NCBI GenBank assembly: GCA_963666975.2
Contig: CAXVYR010000004.1
Coordinates: 864,001 to 928,000 of the forward strand
Length of the DNA stretch: 64,000 nucleotides
From: Terriglobia bacterium
Lineage (GTDB): Bacteria; Acidobacteriota; Terriglobia; 2-12-FULL-54-10
Direction: 5' to 3'
The position numbers and the translations under genes were made by a program. The notes beneath the pieces were generated by a model. It had not been told where the DNA came from. It ran no database searches and saw only the letters and a list, made by a program, of their open reading frames with translations. Positions 41,377 through 51,394 of the stretch are shown in pieces. Within the stretch, counting starts at the first letter, position 1. The number at the start of each line of letters is the position of its first letter.

Positions 41377-42763
41377 AGCGTTCATTGACCTTTTCTACCT
41401 TGCCGCTGCCGTCCTGTTCATCCTTGGCCTGAAGGGACTGTCCCATCCCCGTACGGCGGTGCGGGGCAACCTCCTGGGGTCTGCGGGCATGCTCCTGGCC
41501 ATCGTGGTTACGCTTTTGGACAGGCGCATTGTCAGCTTTGAGGTCATTGTGGCAGGACTGGTTGTGGGAGGCTTCATAGGGGTGGTGATGGCCTACCGAA
41601 CACCCATGACCGCTATGCCTCAATTGGTCGCTGTCCTGAACGGCTTCGGAGGGGGCGCCTCGGCCCTGGCGGTGGGAGCCGCTCTGGAGGAAGCTCTCAA
41701 GGGAGGTTTTGTCGAAGAGATCTCGGTTCAGTTCACCGTAGCCGCGGCGCTCTCTGGGATCATCGGCGGCGTCTCCCTCACGGGAAGCGGGATCGCCTTT
41801 GGCAAACTGCAGGGACTCGTCAAGGAGCGACCCGTCCTCCTGTGGGGCCGCCACGCAATAAACCTGGTGCTGCTGTTGGTCTGCCTGGGCCTGAGTGTTT
41901 GGCTGGCGGTAGAGCCTACCTCTTCCATGCCGTTCTGGATCTTGGTAGGGGCTGCCTCTCTGCTTGGAATCCTGGTGGTGATCCCCATCGGCGGGGCCGA
42001 CATGCCGGTGGTCGTTTCCCTGCTCAACGCTTACTCTGGATTGGCGGCTGCCGGTCACGGCTGGGTCCTCAACAACAGTGTGCTGATTATTGCCGGCTCG
42101 CTGGTAGGCGCCGCGGGCTTCATTCTCACCGCCCTGATGTGCCGGGCCATGAACCGCTCCCTCCTCAACGTCATGTTCGCCGGCGTAGGCGCTGCCGTCG
42201 CCACGGAAGCGGAGAGCGAAGATATCTACTCCGGTCGAGTGAAGGCGGCTTCGCCGGAGGAGGTGGCGATGCTCTTGGAGGGCGCCCAACGGGTGGTGGT
42301 CGCCCCCGGATACGGGATGGCGGTCGCCCAGGCCCAGTATGCCGTCCAGGACTTGACGAACCTGCTCGAATCCAAAGGGGTGGAGGTAGAGTTTGCCATT
42401 CATCCCGTGGCCGGACGGATGCCGGGACACATGAACGTCCTGCTGGCGGAGGCGAACGTCCCTTACGAGAAGCTGAAGGACATGGACGAGATCAACCCCA
42501 CCTTCCGGCAAACGGATGTAGTGCTTGTCATTGGAGCTAATGATGTGGTCAATCCCCTGGCCCGCGAATCAGACCCCTCGATTCCTATCGCAGGCATGCC
42601 GATCCTGAACGTGGACCAGGCGCGTTCCGTTGTGGTCATCAAGCGGAGCCTGAGCCCAGGATTCGCTGGAATTGCCAATCCTCTCTTTGCTGCCGACAAT
42701 ACTCTGATGCTCTTTGGCGATGCGAAGAAGATGGCCATGAGTCTGGTGGCCGCTTTCAAGTAG
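41369..42763 (+). CDS. pntB: NAD(P) transhydrogenase beta subunit
   Basis: IGGADMPVV, PGYGMAVAQAQ, HPVAGRMPGHMNV and GANDVVNP. Confidence 0.97.
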   Translation: MSKAFIDLFYLAAAVLFILGLKGLSHPRTAVRGNLLGSAGMLLAIVVTLLDRRIVSFEVIVAGLVVGGFIGVVMAYRTPMTAMPQLVAVLNGFGGGASALAVGAALEEALKGGFVEEISVQFTVAAALSGIIGGVSLTGSGIAFGKLQGLVKERPVLLWGRHAINLVLLLVCLGLSVWLAVEPTSSMPFWILVGAASLLGILVVIPIGGADMPVVVSLLNAYSGLAAAGHGWVLNNSVLIIAGSLVGAAGFILTALMCRAMNRSLLNVMFAGVGAAVATEAESEDIYSGRVKAASPEEVAMLLEGAQRVVVAPGYGMAVAQAQYAVQDLTNLLESKGVEVEFAIHPVAGRMPGHMNVLLAEANVPYEKLKDMDEINPTFRQTDVVLVIGANDVVNPLARESDPSIPIAGMPILNVDQARSVVVIKRSLSPGFAGIANPLFAADNTLMLFGDAKKMAMSLVAAFK

Positions 42764-42969
42764 GCTGCACGGCAGCGAGAGAGCCGGTGTATACGGAGAG
42801 GAGGCTACCCGCCTCGGAGAGGGCCCTGCTCGATTTTCCGTCCTTCCTCCTCACCTTTTTCCCGAAAGCTTCATGGAGGCGGACGGGCGGAGCATCGATT
42901 GCGGAGAAGCCCGGCAATACCTCATCCGAAGACTGCGCCACAATAATAGCAGGGGGAGAGGCAGGCCAT

Positions 42970-43425
42970 ATGGACGGAATGGTCGAGAGGATTTTCATCG
43001 CTTCCGTTGGTGGGGCGCGCATGGAGGCAGTAGAAGAGGTGAAAGCGCAGGCCGGGTGCGGGCTACGCGGCGACCGCTATTGCAGCCGGACCGGCTACTG
43101 GACCGGAGTGGATGAGTGTCAAATAACGCTGATCGAATCGGAAGACCTGGAGCAAATCCTCTCGAAAACCGGCATCCGGGTCGCGAACGGCGAACACCGG
43201 CGCAATCTGGTGACGCGCAACGTCCGGCTGGAGGCGCTGGCGGGCAAGCGGTTCCGGATCGGAGAAGCCATCTTCGAGTTTGACCGGCCGCGACCGCCTT
43301 GCAAGTATATCGAATCGATCACCGAGCCGGGAATGACCCGCGCGCTTGGCCGTAATGGCGGAATCTGCGTCCGCGTCGTCCAGTCCGGTGTAATCCGCGC
43401 ACAGGACCCGATCGTGGTTTTATAG
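42970..43425 (+). CDS. MOSC domain protein
   Basis: GLRGDRY, RRNLVT and RPPCKY motifs. Confidence 0.85.
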   Translation: MDGMVERIFIASVGGARMEAVEEVKAQAGCGLRGDRYCSRTGYWTGVDECQITLIESEDLEQILSKTGIRVANGEHRRNLVTRNVRLEALAGKRFRIGEAIFEFDRPRPPCKYIESITEPGMTRALGRNGGICVRVVQSGVIRAQDPIVVL

Positions 43426-43476
43426 AACACGGGATTTCAGCAGGCCTGCGGGACTGCTGCGAGGAGAGCTCCATCA

Positions 43477-43881
43477 ATGAAAAATAAGATTGCCAAATCC
43501 GAGCAGGAATGGAAAAACCAGCTTACGCCCGAGCAGTTCCATGTATGCAGGAAAAAGGGAACGGAACCCCCCTTTGCCGGCGAGTACAACGCCTGCAAAG
43601 AGAACGGAATCTACCATTGTGTCTGCTGCGGCAACGAGCTGTTCAGCTCGGAAAAGAAGTTCGATTCCGGAACCGGCTGGCCGAGCTTCTGGGAACCCGC
43701 CGGCGCGGAGAACGTGAAACCCGAATCCGACCGGAGCCTGGGGGTCGAGCGAACGGAGGTGCTGTGCAGCGCCTGCGACGCCCACCTCGGACACGTATTC
43801 GAGGACGGCCCGCCGCCTACTGGGCTTCGCTACTGCATCAATTCCGTAGCCCTGAAGCTCAAACCGCGTCTTGCAGATTGA
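43477..43881 (+). CDS. msrB: Peptide-methionine (R)-S-oxide reductase
   Basis: [27 protein letters not shown] and RYCINS. Confidence 0.97.
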   Translation: MKNKIAKSEQEWKNQLTPEQFHVCRKKGTEPPFAGEYNACKENGIYHCVCCGNELFSSEKKFDSGTGWPSFWEPAGAENVKPESDRSLGVERTEVLCSACDAHLGHVFEDGPPPTGLRYCINSVALKLKPRLAD

Positions 43882-44152
43882 CAAGCGCGAACGGCTTTCC
43901 GAAAGGTCAATGCAGTTTGCATTTCTCCGGTGGCCCGGCTATGCTACCCCCTGTATAAACACGCGATGAATCCGTTTCACGCACTTGCTGGTTTTTTTGG
44001 TCAAAACGCCTGCTGTGACCCACTTGCTTCATCAATTAAGCCTCCCGCTCTCATATTCCCTCTTGAGACTTCTAGGTCGGCAGAAATTGACCGTACCGAC
44101 GATCTAAAAAACGTCCATCCGTTCCCAACACGGATTTTCGATGCCTCGACCG

Positions 44153-44313
44153 AGCATTTGCGGGCTGGCGCCGGGCTTTGTGGGGCTGTATCAGGTGAAC
44201 GTGGAGGTTCCCCAAGGCGTCACTCCCGGCCCGGCGGTTGCCTTGATGCTCACCATCTGATGCTTACCATCAACGGCGTCCCCTCCAATACCGTGACTAT
44301 TGCGGTCGAGTAA
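44153..44313 (+). pseudogene. Remnant C-terminus of a TIGR03437-type (Solibacter C-terminal domain) protein
   Basis: Manual translation FAGLAPGFVGLYQVNVEVPQGVTPGPAVALMLTI*, then after a 14-bp duplication LMLTINGVPSNTVTIAVE*. Parallels the end of the 45397-46440 ORF. Confidence 0.7.
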
Positions 44314-44413
44314 TTTCTGGCGGCGGGTTGAGCACGCTGGTTTCCTAAACCAGGCAGGATTATGCTCCGGCCGTCTTCGCCGGGCCGTTTTGTAGCTTGG
44401 AATCTGCCTCGGC

Positions 44414-46440
44414 TTGACAGCCCTGGGCTACCCGTGCGAAAGTGTCGGCATTATGCGGACTTGCTTTCTCTCTTCGGCCTGGCATCGCAACGTCCTGAAA
44501 GGGTTCGCGATACTTTTTCTCGCGCCGCTAAGCGGGCTGGCGCAAGCACCGTCGCTGGTGGATATCCCGGACGCGCTGTCTTTTTTCCACCAATTACCCC
44601 CCATCGGCATTCCAGAAAATGTTCCGATCCTTCAGACTTTTACCGTCAGTACGAGCAATGGAGCAGCGCTGAGTTTTACGGCCACGGCCTCCGTAACGAC
44701 ACCAGCGGGCGCCAACTGGCTGTCGGTGAGCCCAACCGCTGGCACCACGCCGACAGAGATGACTGTATCGGTCAACCCGACCGGCTTGGCGCCGGATAGC
44801 TGTGTTTGTAATTCTAATACTCGTACTTATACCGGGACAATCACAATCTCCGCACCAGGGGCGAGCAACAGTCCGCAAACGGTGCAGGTTACCGTGGACG
44901 TAAGGGGACTTCGGCAGCTAATAGTCAGTCAGAACGTACTGTCATTTGGCGCCACAGTGGGCGGTGGAGCGCCACCCCAGGACATTACACTCTTAGTTAC
45001 CGGAGCCCATCCCGGGCCGCTTCTCTTTACGACCGCTGTCATCACGCTGGATGGAGGGGACTGGCTGGCGGTGTCGCCGGCGACAGGGACCGCCCCGACC
45101 GCCCCGGGTGGGCTCACTATATCCATCAACCCCCCGGCAGACATTCCGGAAGGGTCTTACGCAGGCTCGATCTCGATCCGGGACACTAACCCGAACTCTC
45201 TCCCATTACTCGTGCAGGTTCCTCTCACAATGAGCGCCACACCGGTCATTGCGCCGGAGATAGCCCTGATACCTAGCTCCCTCCAGTTCGTCCCCAATTT
45301 AGGCTCCAGTCCACCGGCCCAAAGCTTCCAGGTACAGAATACCGGCAGCGGGGGGGTGGGCTGGACAGCCACCGTGGACACACAGTCAGGCGGCGATTGG
45401 CTCTCGGCGAGCCCCGCTACCGATGTGGCCCCCTCCTCACGGTGAACTCGGCCGACCTGCCCGTAGCAACCTATTCCGGCACGATTACAATTGCTGCACT
45501 GCCCAGCGTCAACGCGAGCAATAGCCCGCAGGTGCTGACCGTAACGTTGGCGGTGGGAGCGCCCGCCCCCTCCACACTTACCGTCACGGTGAACTCGGCC
45601 GACCTGCCCGTAGCAACCTATTCCGGCACGATTACAATTGCTGCACTGCCCAGCGTCAACGCGAGCAATAGCCCGCAGGTGCTGACCGTAACGTTGGCGG
45701 TGGGAGCGCCCGCAATTGGGCAAGACGGGGTGGTCAACGGCGCCAGCTTCTCCAAAGAGGCGGTGGTCAGCCCGGCTTCGATCGCCTCCTTATTCGGCGT
45801 CAACCTGGCCACGACGACAGAGCTTGCCGCCGAGTTCCCTTTGCCCACCACCCTGGCCGACACGCAGGTGCTGGTGAACGAGATCCCCGTGCCACTATTC
45901 TTTGTTTCTCCAACGCAGATCAACTTCCAAATGCCGTCTGAGGTGTCCGGACCCACCGTGCAGGCGGTGGTGGTGTCAAACCGTGTGCGCGGGCTGACGG
46001 CGACGGTGAACGTCGCGCCGGAGGTTCCGGGCATCTTCACTGCCACGCCCGGCGGAACGGGACAGGGGGCGGTGCTGCTGGCGAATTCCGATGTGATCGC
46101 GGCTCCCGTTGGAAGCATACCGGACCGTACATCCCAGCCGGTCAGCCGGGGAGATTTCATTTCCATCTTCGCCACCGGGCTGGGGGAGACCAACCCACCC
46201 GTGGAGACGGGCGAGCCCGGAGCCAGCACTTCACCGTTCAACGAGACGACGATGACGCCGGTGGTGCTGATCGGGGGCATCGCCGCCGAAGTGCCGTTTT
46301 CGGCCATGGCTCCCGGCTTCGTGGGGCTTTATCAGGTGAACGTCCGAATACCGGAAGCAGCGCCGGTGGGCGACGCCGTTTCGCTCCAGATCCAAATCGG
46401 CGGGCAGAGCAGCAATACGGCCACCATCGCGGTGCAATGA
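44414..46440 (+). pseudogene. Secreted BACON/Ig-repeat protein with TIGR03437-type C-terminal domain, frameshifted by a duplication (or assembly error)
   Basis: Signal peptide, WLSVSPTAG repeats, VVNGASF...PLFFVSPTQINFQ...APGFVGLYQVN. Split into ORFs 44414-45445 and 45397-46440 at a tandem duplication. Confidence 0.8.
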
Positions 46441-46487
46441 TCTCTGAAACCGCGCGGCTCTGACGATACACGAACTGTGAAATCCTG

Positions 46488-49400
46488 TTAAAACTCGATT
46501 CGCAGAAGAAATTGCAACTGGCGGGCTGTCTCGTTGAACGGGGTCACCGCCGGGAAGCCCGTATCCCGCCCCTGGCGGCCGAACAGGGCCAGACCGAACG
46601 TCTCCGAAGTAAAAAAAGAATCCGGATTATTCAGATTGGCGTGGTTGAGGACGTTGAAGGCGTCCGCCCGGAAGGTCAGGCGGCCCGCCTCGCCGAGCCA
46701 GGGCAGGCGGAAGGAACGGCTCAGCGAAAGGTCAATATTGAAGAGCCCAGGACCGCGAAAGGCGTTCCGCCCGGAGTTGCCGAGCGTCCCGGCGGCGGGC
46801 TCGCGGAAAGCGGCCGCGTTCAGCAGTTGCTGTCCGCCGTCAGCGACGGTTTCTCCGGCGTCGGCGCGCGCCGGGTCGATCAAGTCAGCGCGGTTGTTGA
46901 TGACCAGCTCCCCGTCAAAAGAAAACCGGATCGGAGCCCTGACCGTGAAAGGAAAGCCGGAGCGGAAGGCCGCCATCTGGGAGAATTGCCAGTCGCGGAA
47001 CAGCACGCCGGCCTGGGAGGAAGAGAACAGGTCCGGCAAATCCCAGATGGAGAGGATCACCAAGTTGTGCCGCTGGTCAAAATCGGAGTTGCCGCGGTCG
47101 CCCCGTCCGTCGAACTGCCGCGCAAAGGCCGCCGTCGTGCTTCCGCCCGCGCCGCTGCTGACCCGCGTAAAGCTGAGGTCGAAGAAGTCCCCGGCCAGCG
47201 GTTCGCTTTGAATATCGATGGTGCGGCTCCAGGTGTAGGCAACCTGCAACTGGCTGCTCCTGCCCCGGTGGCGGAGCCTCGCGGTCAGCGCGTTGTAGTT
47301 GGAGGTGCCCTGATTCGCCCTGTAGGAGAGCCGGCCCAGGTTGGGGTTGAATCTGCCGAACGGGTTTTTCAGGAAATTGTCCGGGTCAATCGGCACGCTG
47401 AATTCCCGGTTGACGATGTCGGTTGTAATCAATTTCCGTCCGAGCGATCCCAGGCCGTTCACCTCCAGGGTCAGCGTCTCACCTAATTCATGCTGCAAGC
47501 CTAAGAAGTAACTCTGGACGTAGGCGTTGCGCAGCTCGGGCTGATATGCGGTGATCTGCGGGAAGTCCTGGGCAAAGGAGCTGCCCTCGAAGCCGGGCAG
47601 CAGGCTGGAGACGGGCTGGAGATAATCGGTTGACGCTGCCCTTAAGCGAAACGATCCCAGGACCGTGTTGTTGGCCCGGAGATTTTGCCACAGGTTGTCG
47701 AAGGGACGGTCATAAAAGATACCGTAGGAGCCCCGCAGCACGGTTCCAGCGTTCTCCCGCAGGCTGTAGGAAAAACCGAAGCGTCCGGCCCAGTCGTTGC
47801 TGTCGGACTGGTATAGCTGCTGGTCCCCGCCTTGCGGGAACGTCAGGCTGGCCGATGCCAGCCTTTGGGGGAACGAGTCGCCCCCGCCCAGCTCCACGAT
47901 GCCGTCTTTGACGGACCCCGTGTTTCGGGGAGCGCCGAAGTTCTCATAACGGATGCCGAAGTTCAAAACCAGCCGGGGAGTCAGCTTAAAGCTGTCCTGC
48001 GCAAAAAAGAAGAACTGGTTGTTGCTGTATTCGCGGTCATATTCGGGGGTCGCCAAATTCGGCAGGTTTTCCCTCGAGACGGAAGCCGCCATAAAACCGG
48101 GGCGGTCGAGCGCGAAGCTGATGATGTCGCTGAACAGAACGAGCGGGTCGCGGCCCGCCGTCAGGAAGCCGTCGACGCGGCGCAGCAGCAGACCGCCGCC
48201 CGCCTTGATGATGTGCCTGCCGTGGGTCCACAGCAGGTTGTCGATCAACTCCCAGCTTCTGCTTCGGTTGCTGTACTCGTAAAAAACCGGGCTGCCTGGA
48301 AGCGAGGTCCCATCGCCGGAGGCCAGGGTGGGGATTTGCGGCTGCGGCCGGTCCCAGCCCAGGTCGTCCGAGTTCCAGCCGAATTTCGCTTCATTGACCA
48401 GGTTGGGACGCAGCGAACTGATGGCGCGGAAGGCGAGGCTGATGGTGTTCTGGCTCAGCGGAGAAATAAAGTCCTCGTAAGGCGACCAGACGAAGTCCGG
48501 ACGGTCAAGCTTCGACAGGGCCAGCCGTGCCATCAGCCGGTGGGTTCCGTCAACCGACTGGTAGTCGACGCGGGGCAGCGCGAGATAGCGATTCACCGAA
48601 ACCGGAGGGGCGATGTTCGTTTTGGCCGTGAAAAGATTCCGGTCGCTTACCTCGGGCGCCGGAAACTGCTCCAGCAGTTGCCGGGCAATGCTGTTGGGAG
48701 CGGTGAAGGCCAGAAACGCCGGAGTGGGAAGCTGGAATTCCAGAGTATCTCCGCGGCTGCGGCTCCGCCGGTACTCGAAGGAGCCTGAGGCAAACAGGGA
48801 CCCGGCGCGGAGAGGGCCACCCACCGAAAATCCAATGTGCGATTCCTTGGCGGGAACGCGCGGCAGGCCTTCCAGATTCTTTTGAAAATCGTTGGCGTTG
48901 AGCGCCTCGTTTTTCAGGTAGTAGTAGCCGAGGCCATGCAACTGGCCGCCGCCGGAACGCGTCACGGCGTTGGCCAGAAATCCAGAGGTTCGCCCGTACT
49001 CGGCGGAGAAATTGTTGGTGGAGACCCGGTACTCTTGCACCGCTTCCGGAGCGACGGCGGTCAAAGGTCCGGTCACCAGAAAGTTGTTGTTCTGCAATCC
49101 GTCCAGCAGGAAGTTCGAAGCGGAAGGCCGCTGCCCGTTAACCGACAGCCCCAGCCCCCGCGCCGTGGCCGTATCGGCGGTGACGCCGGGCTGTGTGACC
49201 AGCATGGTATAGACGTCGCGGCCTGCCAGCGGCAACTCTCTCACCTGCGCCGGGTCAATCACATGCGAGACCGTCGATTCCAGCCCGCCGCCGGTTCCGC
49301 GCCTGCCTTCCATCAGGCTAGAATGCGTGGTGTCCACGTCCGGCCCAAAGAAGGTCAGGACCGTCCGGGTGCCGGGCAGGAACACGCTGCGATATTGCCC

Positions 49401-49769
49401 TCCTTCCCATACGTCCGCCACGGGACGAAGGCGGAAGTTCACGTCGAGAAACGCGGCCACCGACAGTTCCAACTCTTGCAGCTCCTGAGCTTGATAGCGG
49501 TCTGCGGTCACGCGAATGCGGTAGTTGCCGGGCGGCAGAAGAGGAAGAAAATAAAAGCCAAAGGGGCTGGTGAGGGCGGTGCCGGTGGTGTTGGTGGCCA
49601 GGCTCAGGTAGGTCACACGGGCGTTGGGGATCGGATTGCCATCCTCCATGTCCACAACCTGCCCGGAGATCAAACCCTGAGTCGTCTGTGCCCGGCTAAT
49701 CGTGGTTAAAGAGAGAAACACCAGAAAACAGAATAACGCTCGCCGAAAATAAGAGGGTGTCCCATACAT
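46488..49769 (-). CDS. TonB-dependent receptor (Oar-like, carboxypeptidase-regulatory N-domain), 5' end interrupted by IS256
   Basis: Signal peptide, ELPLAGRD, NFLLDG, EAVQEYRV..NFSAEYGR and C-terminal RQLQFLLRIEF. The first residues MYGTP come from the IS end. Confidence 0.9.
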   Translation of the reverse strand: MYGTPSYFRRALFCFLVFLSLTTISRAQTTQGLISGQVVDMEDGNPIPNARVTYLSLATNTTGTALTSPFGFYFLPLLPPGNYRIRVTADRYQAQELQELELSVAAFLDVNFRLRPVADVWEGGQYRSVFLPGTRTVLTFFGPDVDTTHSSLMEGRRGTGGGLESTVSHVIDPAQVRELPLAGRDVYTMLVTQPGVTADTATARGLGLSVNGQRPSASNFLLDGLQNNNFLVTGPLTAVAPEAVQEYRVSTNNFSAEYGRTSGFLANAVTRSGGGQLHGLGYYYLKNEALNANDFQKNLEGLPRVPAKESHIGFSVGGPLRAGSLFASGSFEYRRSRSRGDTLEFQLPTPAFLAFTAPNSIARQLLEQFPAPEVSDRNLFTAKTNIAPPVSVNRYLALPRVDYQSVDGTHRLMARLALSKLDRPDFVWSPYEDFISPLSQNTISLAFRAISSLRPNLVNEAKFGWNSDDLGWDRPQPQIPTLASGDGTSLPGSPVFYEYSNRSRSWELIDNLLWTHGRHIIKAGGGLLLRRVDGFLTAGRDPLVLFSDIISFALDRPGFMAASVSRENLPNLATPEYDREYSNNQFFFFAQDSFKLTPRLVLNFGIRYENFGAPRNTGSVKDGIVELGGGDSFPQRLASASLTFPQGGDQQLYQSDSNDWAGRFGFSYSLRENAGTVLRGSYGIFYDRPFDNLWQNLRANNTVLGSFRLRAASTDYLQPVSSLLPGFEGSSFAQDFPQITAYQPELRNAYVQSYFLGLQHELGETLTLEVNGLGSLGRKLITTDIVNREFSVPIDPDNFLKNPFGRFNPNLGRLSYRANQGTSNYNALTARLRHRGRSSQLQVAYTWSRTIDIQSEPLAGDFFDLSFTRVSSGAGGSTTAAFARQFDGRGDRGNSDFDQRHNLVILSIWDLPDLFSSSQAGVLFRDWQFSQMAAFRSGFPFTVRAPIRFSFDGELVINNRADLIDPARADAGETVADGGQQLLNAAAFREPAAGTLGNSGRNAFRGPGLFNIDLSLSRSFRLPWLGEAGRLTFRADAFNVLNHANLNNPDSFFTSETFGLALFGRQGRDTGFPAVTPFNETARQLQFLLRIEF

Positions 49770-51201
49770 AGTTGAAGGTTGAACGGCGGTTCGGCCCGAA
49801 TCGAATAGAATCGGGCCAAGCCTAAATCCTATAGAAGGAGAACCGCCGAATGAAGGGAAAATATCACGTTTTGGAACTGGGTTCCAAGGGAGCCGAAGAA
49901 ACCATCCAGAAGTTTTGCCAAACCAACGGACAGATGCTGTTGCCGGTGGTGGATCTGATCACGGAGGCGCGTCTGGCGGTGGATGAGGTGATTGATCGGG
50001 CCGGGCGAGGTTTGATTGAAACGATTCTGAGCATGAGCGCAGAGCAAATCGCGGGGCCAAAGAGTCCCGGGAAGGCGAGCGGAGAGGTGCGCTGGCATGG
50101 CCGGCAATTGGGGAGGGTGAAACTGGCCGATCGCCAGCTGCGGGTGGAGCGGCCCCGGCTGCGCCGGAAGGGCGGAGGGGAAGAAGCGGTGCCGGCCTAC
50201 GAAGCACTGCGGAAAAGCGAGAAGACGGGCGAGGAGATGTTCGAGGCACTGTTGAAAGGGGTTTCGACGCGGAACTACCGCGAGGTGATCCCGGAGATGG
50301 CCAACAGCGCTGGGGTGTCGAAGTCTCAGGTGAGCCGGGAAGCGGCCGAGCAAGGAGCGCGGCGGCTGGAAGAACTGTTGGCGCGGCGCTGGGAGGAGGT
50401 CGAGATTCTGGTGATTTACCTGGACGGAATGCGGTTCGGCTCCCACCACGTCATCAGCGCCGTGGGCGTGGACATCGAGGGCCGCAAGCATGTGCTGGGG
50501 ATTCAACTGGGCGCGACCGAAAACGCCGCTGCGGTGAAAGACCTTCTCACCCGCCTGCGCCAGCAAGGTTTGCGCACGGATCAGCGCTATCTGTTTGTGA
50601 TCGACGGCGCCAAAGCGCTCCGCGCGGGGATCGAGGAAGTATTCGGCAGCAATCAGCTGGTGCAGCGTTGCCGTACTCATAAGCTGCGCAACGTGGCTGA
50701 GCGGTTACCAAAGGGCGACAAAATGCTGGCGAATCAGGTGCGGTCGCTGATGCGCGCCGCCTGGCGATTGCCCCAAGCCGAGGAAGGCATCGTGCGCATA
50801 AAAAAGCTCGCTGGGATGATCGAGTGCGATCATCCGGCAGCAGCCGCCAGCTTGCGCGAAGGGTTGGAGGAGACCTTTACGATCAATCGAGCCGACGTTC
50901 CTCCCAGCCTCCACCGCTGCCTGGCAACCACGAACCTCATCGAGAGCCCGCAGTCGGGCGTGCGGAAAAAGACTGGCAATGTTTGCCGCTGGCGCGACGG
51001 CGAGATGACGTTGCGCTGGGTGGCAGGAGCGTTTCTGCTGACCGAGAAGAATTTCCGGAAGATCATGGGTTATCACGATCTCTGGGCTTTGGCATCGATT
51101 CTCGGCCGAAGTCCAAACGCTGCTTCCTCTCACAAGGAGAAAGTGGCGTAATATGAACTCAACCCGCCGTCCCAACCTGCAACTGAGTTTGGGACACCTT
51201 C
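49753..51201 (+). mobile_element. Complete IS256-family element (1449 bp) with 8-bp target-site duplication GAAAATAA
   Basis: Left IR GAGGGTGTCCCATACATAGTTGAAGGTTG versus reverse-complemented right IR GAAGGTGTCCCAAACTCAGTTGCAGGTTG. GAAAATAA at 49745-49752 and 51202-51209. Confidence 0.93.
49850..51151 (+). CDS. IS256-family (mutator-type) transposase
   Basis: GVSTR, IYLDG, FVIDGAKAL, QRCRTHKLRNV and TTNLIES. Confidence 0.95.
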   Translation: MKGKYHVLELGSKGAEETIQKFCQTNGQMLLPVVDLITEARLAVDEVIDRAGRGLIETILSMSAEQIAGPKSPGKASGEVRWHGRQLGRVKLADRQLRVERPRLRRKGGGEEAVPAYEALRKSEKTGEEMFEALLKGVSTRNYREVIPEMANSAGVSKSQVSREAAEQGARRLEELLARRWEEVEILVIYLDGMRFGSHHVISAVGVDIEGRKHVLGIQLGATENAAAVKDLLTRLRQQGLRTDQRYLFVIDGAKALRAGIEEVFGSNQLVQRCRTHKLRNVAERLPKGDKMLANQVRSLMRAAWRLPQAEEGIVRIKKLAGMIECDHPAAAASLREGLEETFTINRADVPPSLHRCLATTNLIESPQSGVRKKTGNVCRWRDGEMTLRWVAGAFLLTEKNFRKIMGYHDLWALASILGRSPNAASSHKEKVA

Positions 51202-51394
51202 GAAAATAAAGCAGCTTTGCCATAAATACCATTTAAGTTTACCTTCGGCAGGCCGAAATGCAAACATAAGGACGCGGATTCGGAGGCACACATTTGTAAC
51301 CTGTTCCTAGTACCCTATGGTGAACCCGGGACTAGAAAAATTTGTTACCAAAGTACTATATGCAAGAATGCGTTGCGGGATTTATAATAGTGCC

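Noticed and set aside
43882-44150. Riboswitch downstream of msrB
   Set aside because: No recognisable aptamer consensus (c-di-GMP, TPP, cobalamin, SAM).
50705-51232. 175-aa minus-strand ORF as an independent gene
   Set aside because: It is the stranded original start of the TonB receptor reading into the IS256 antisense strand.
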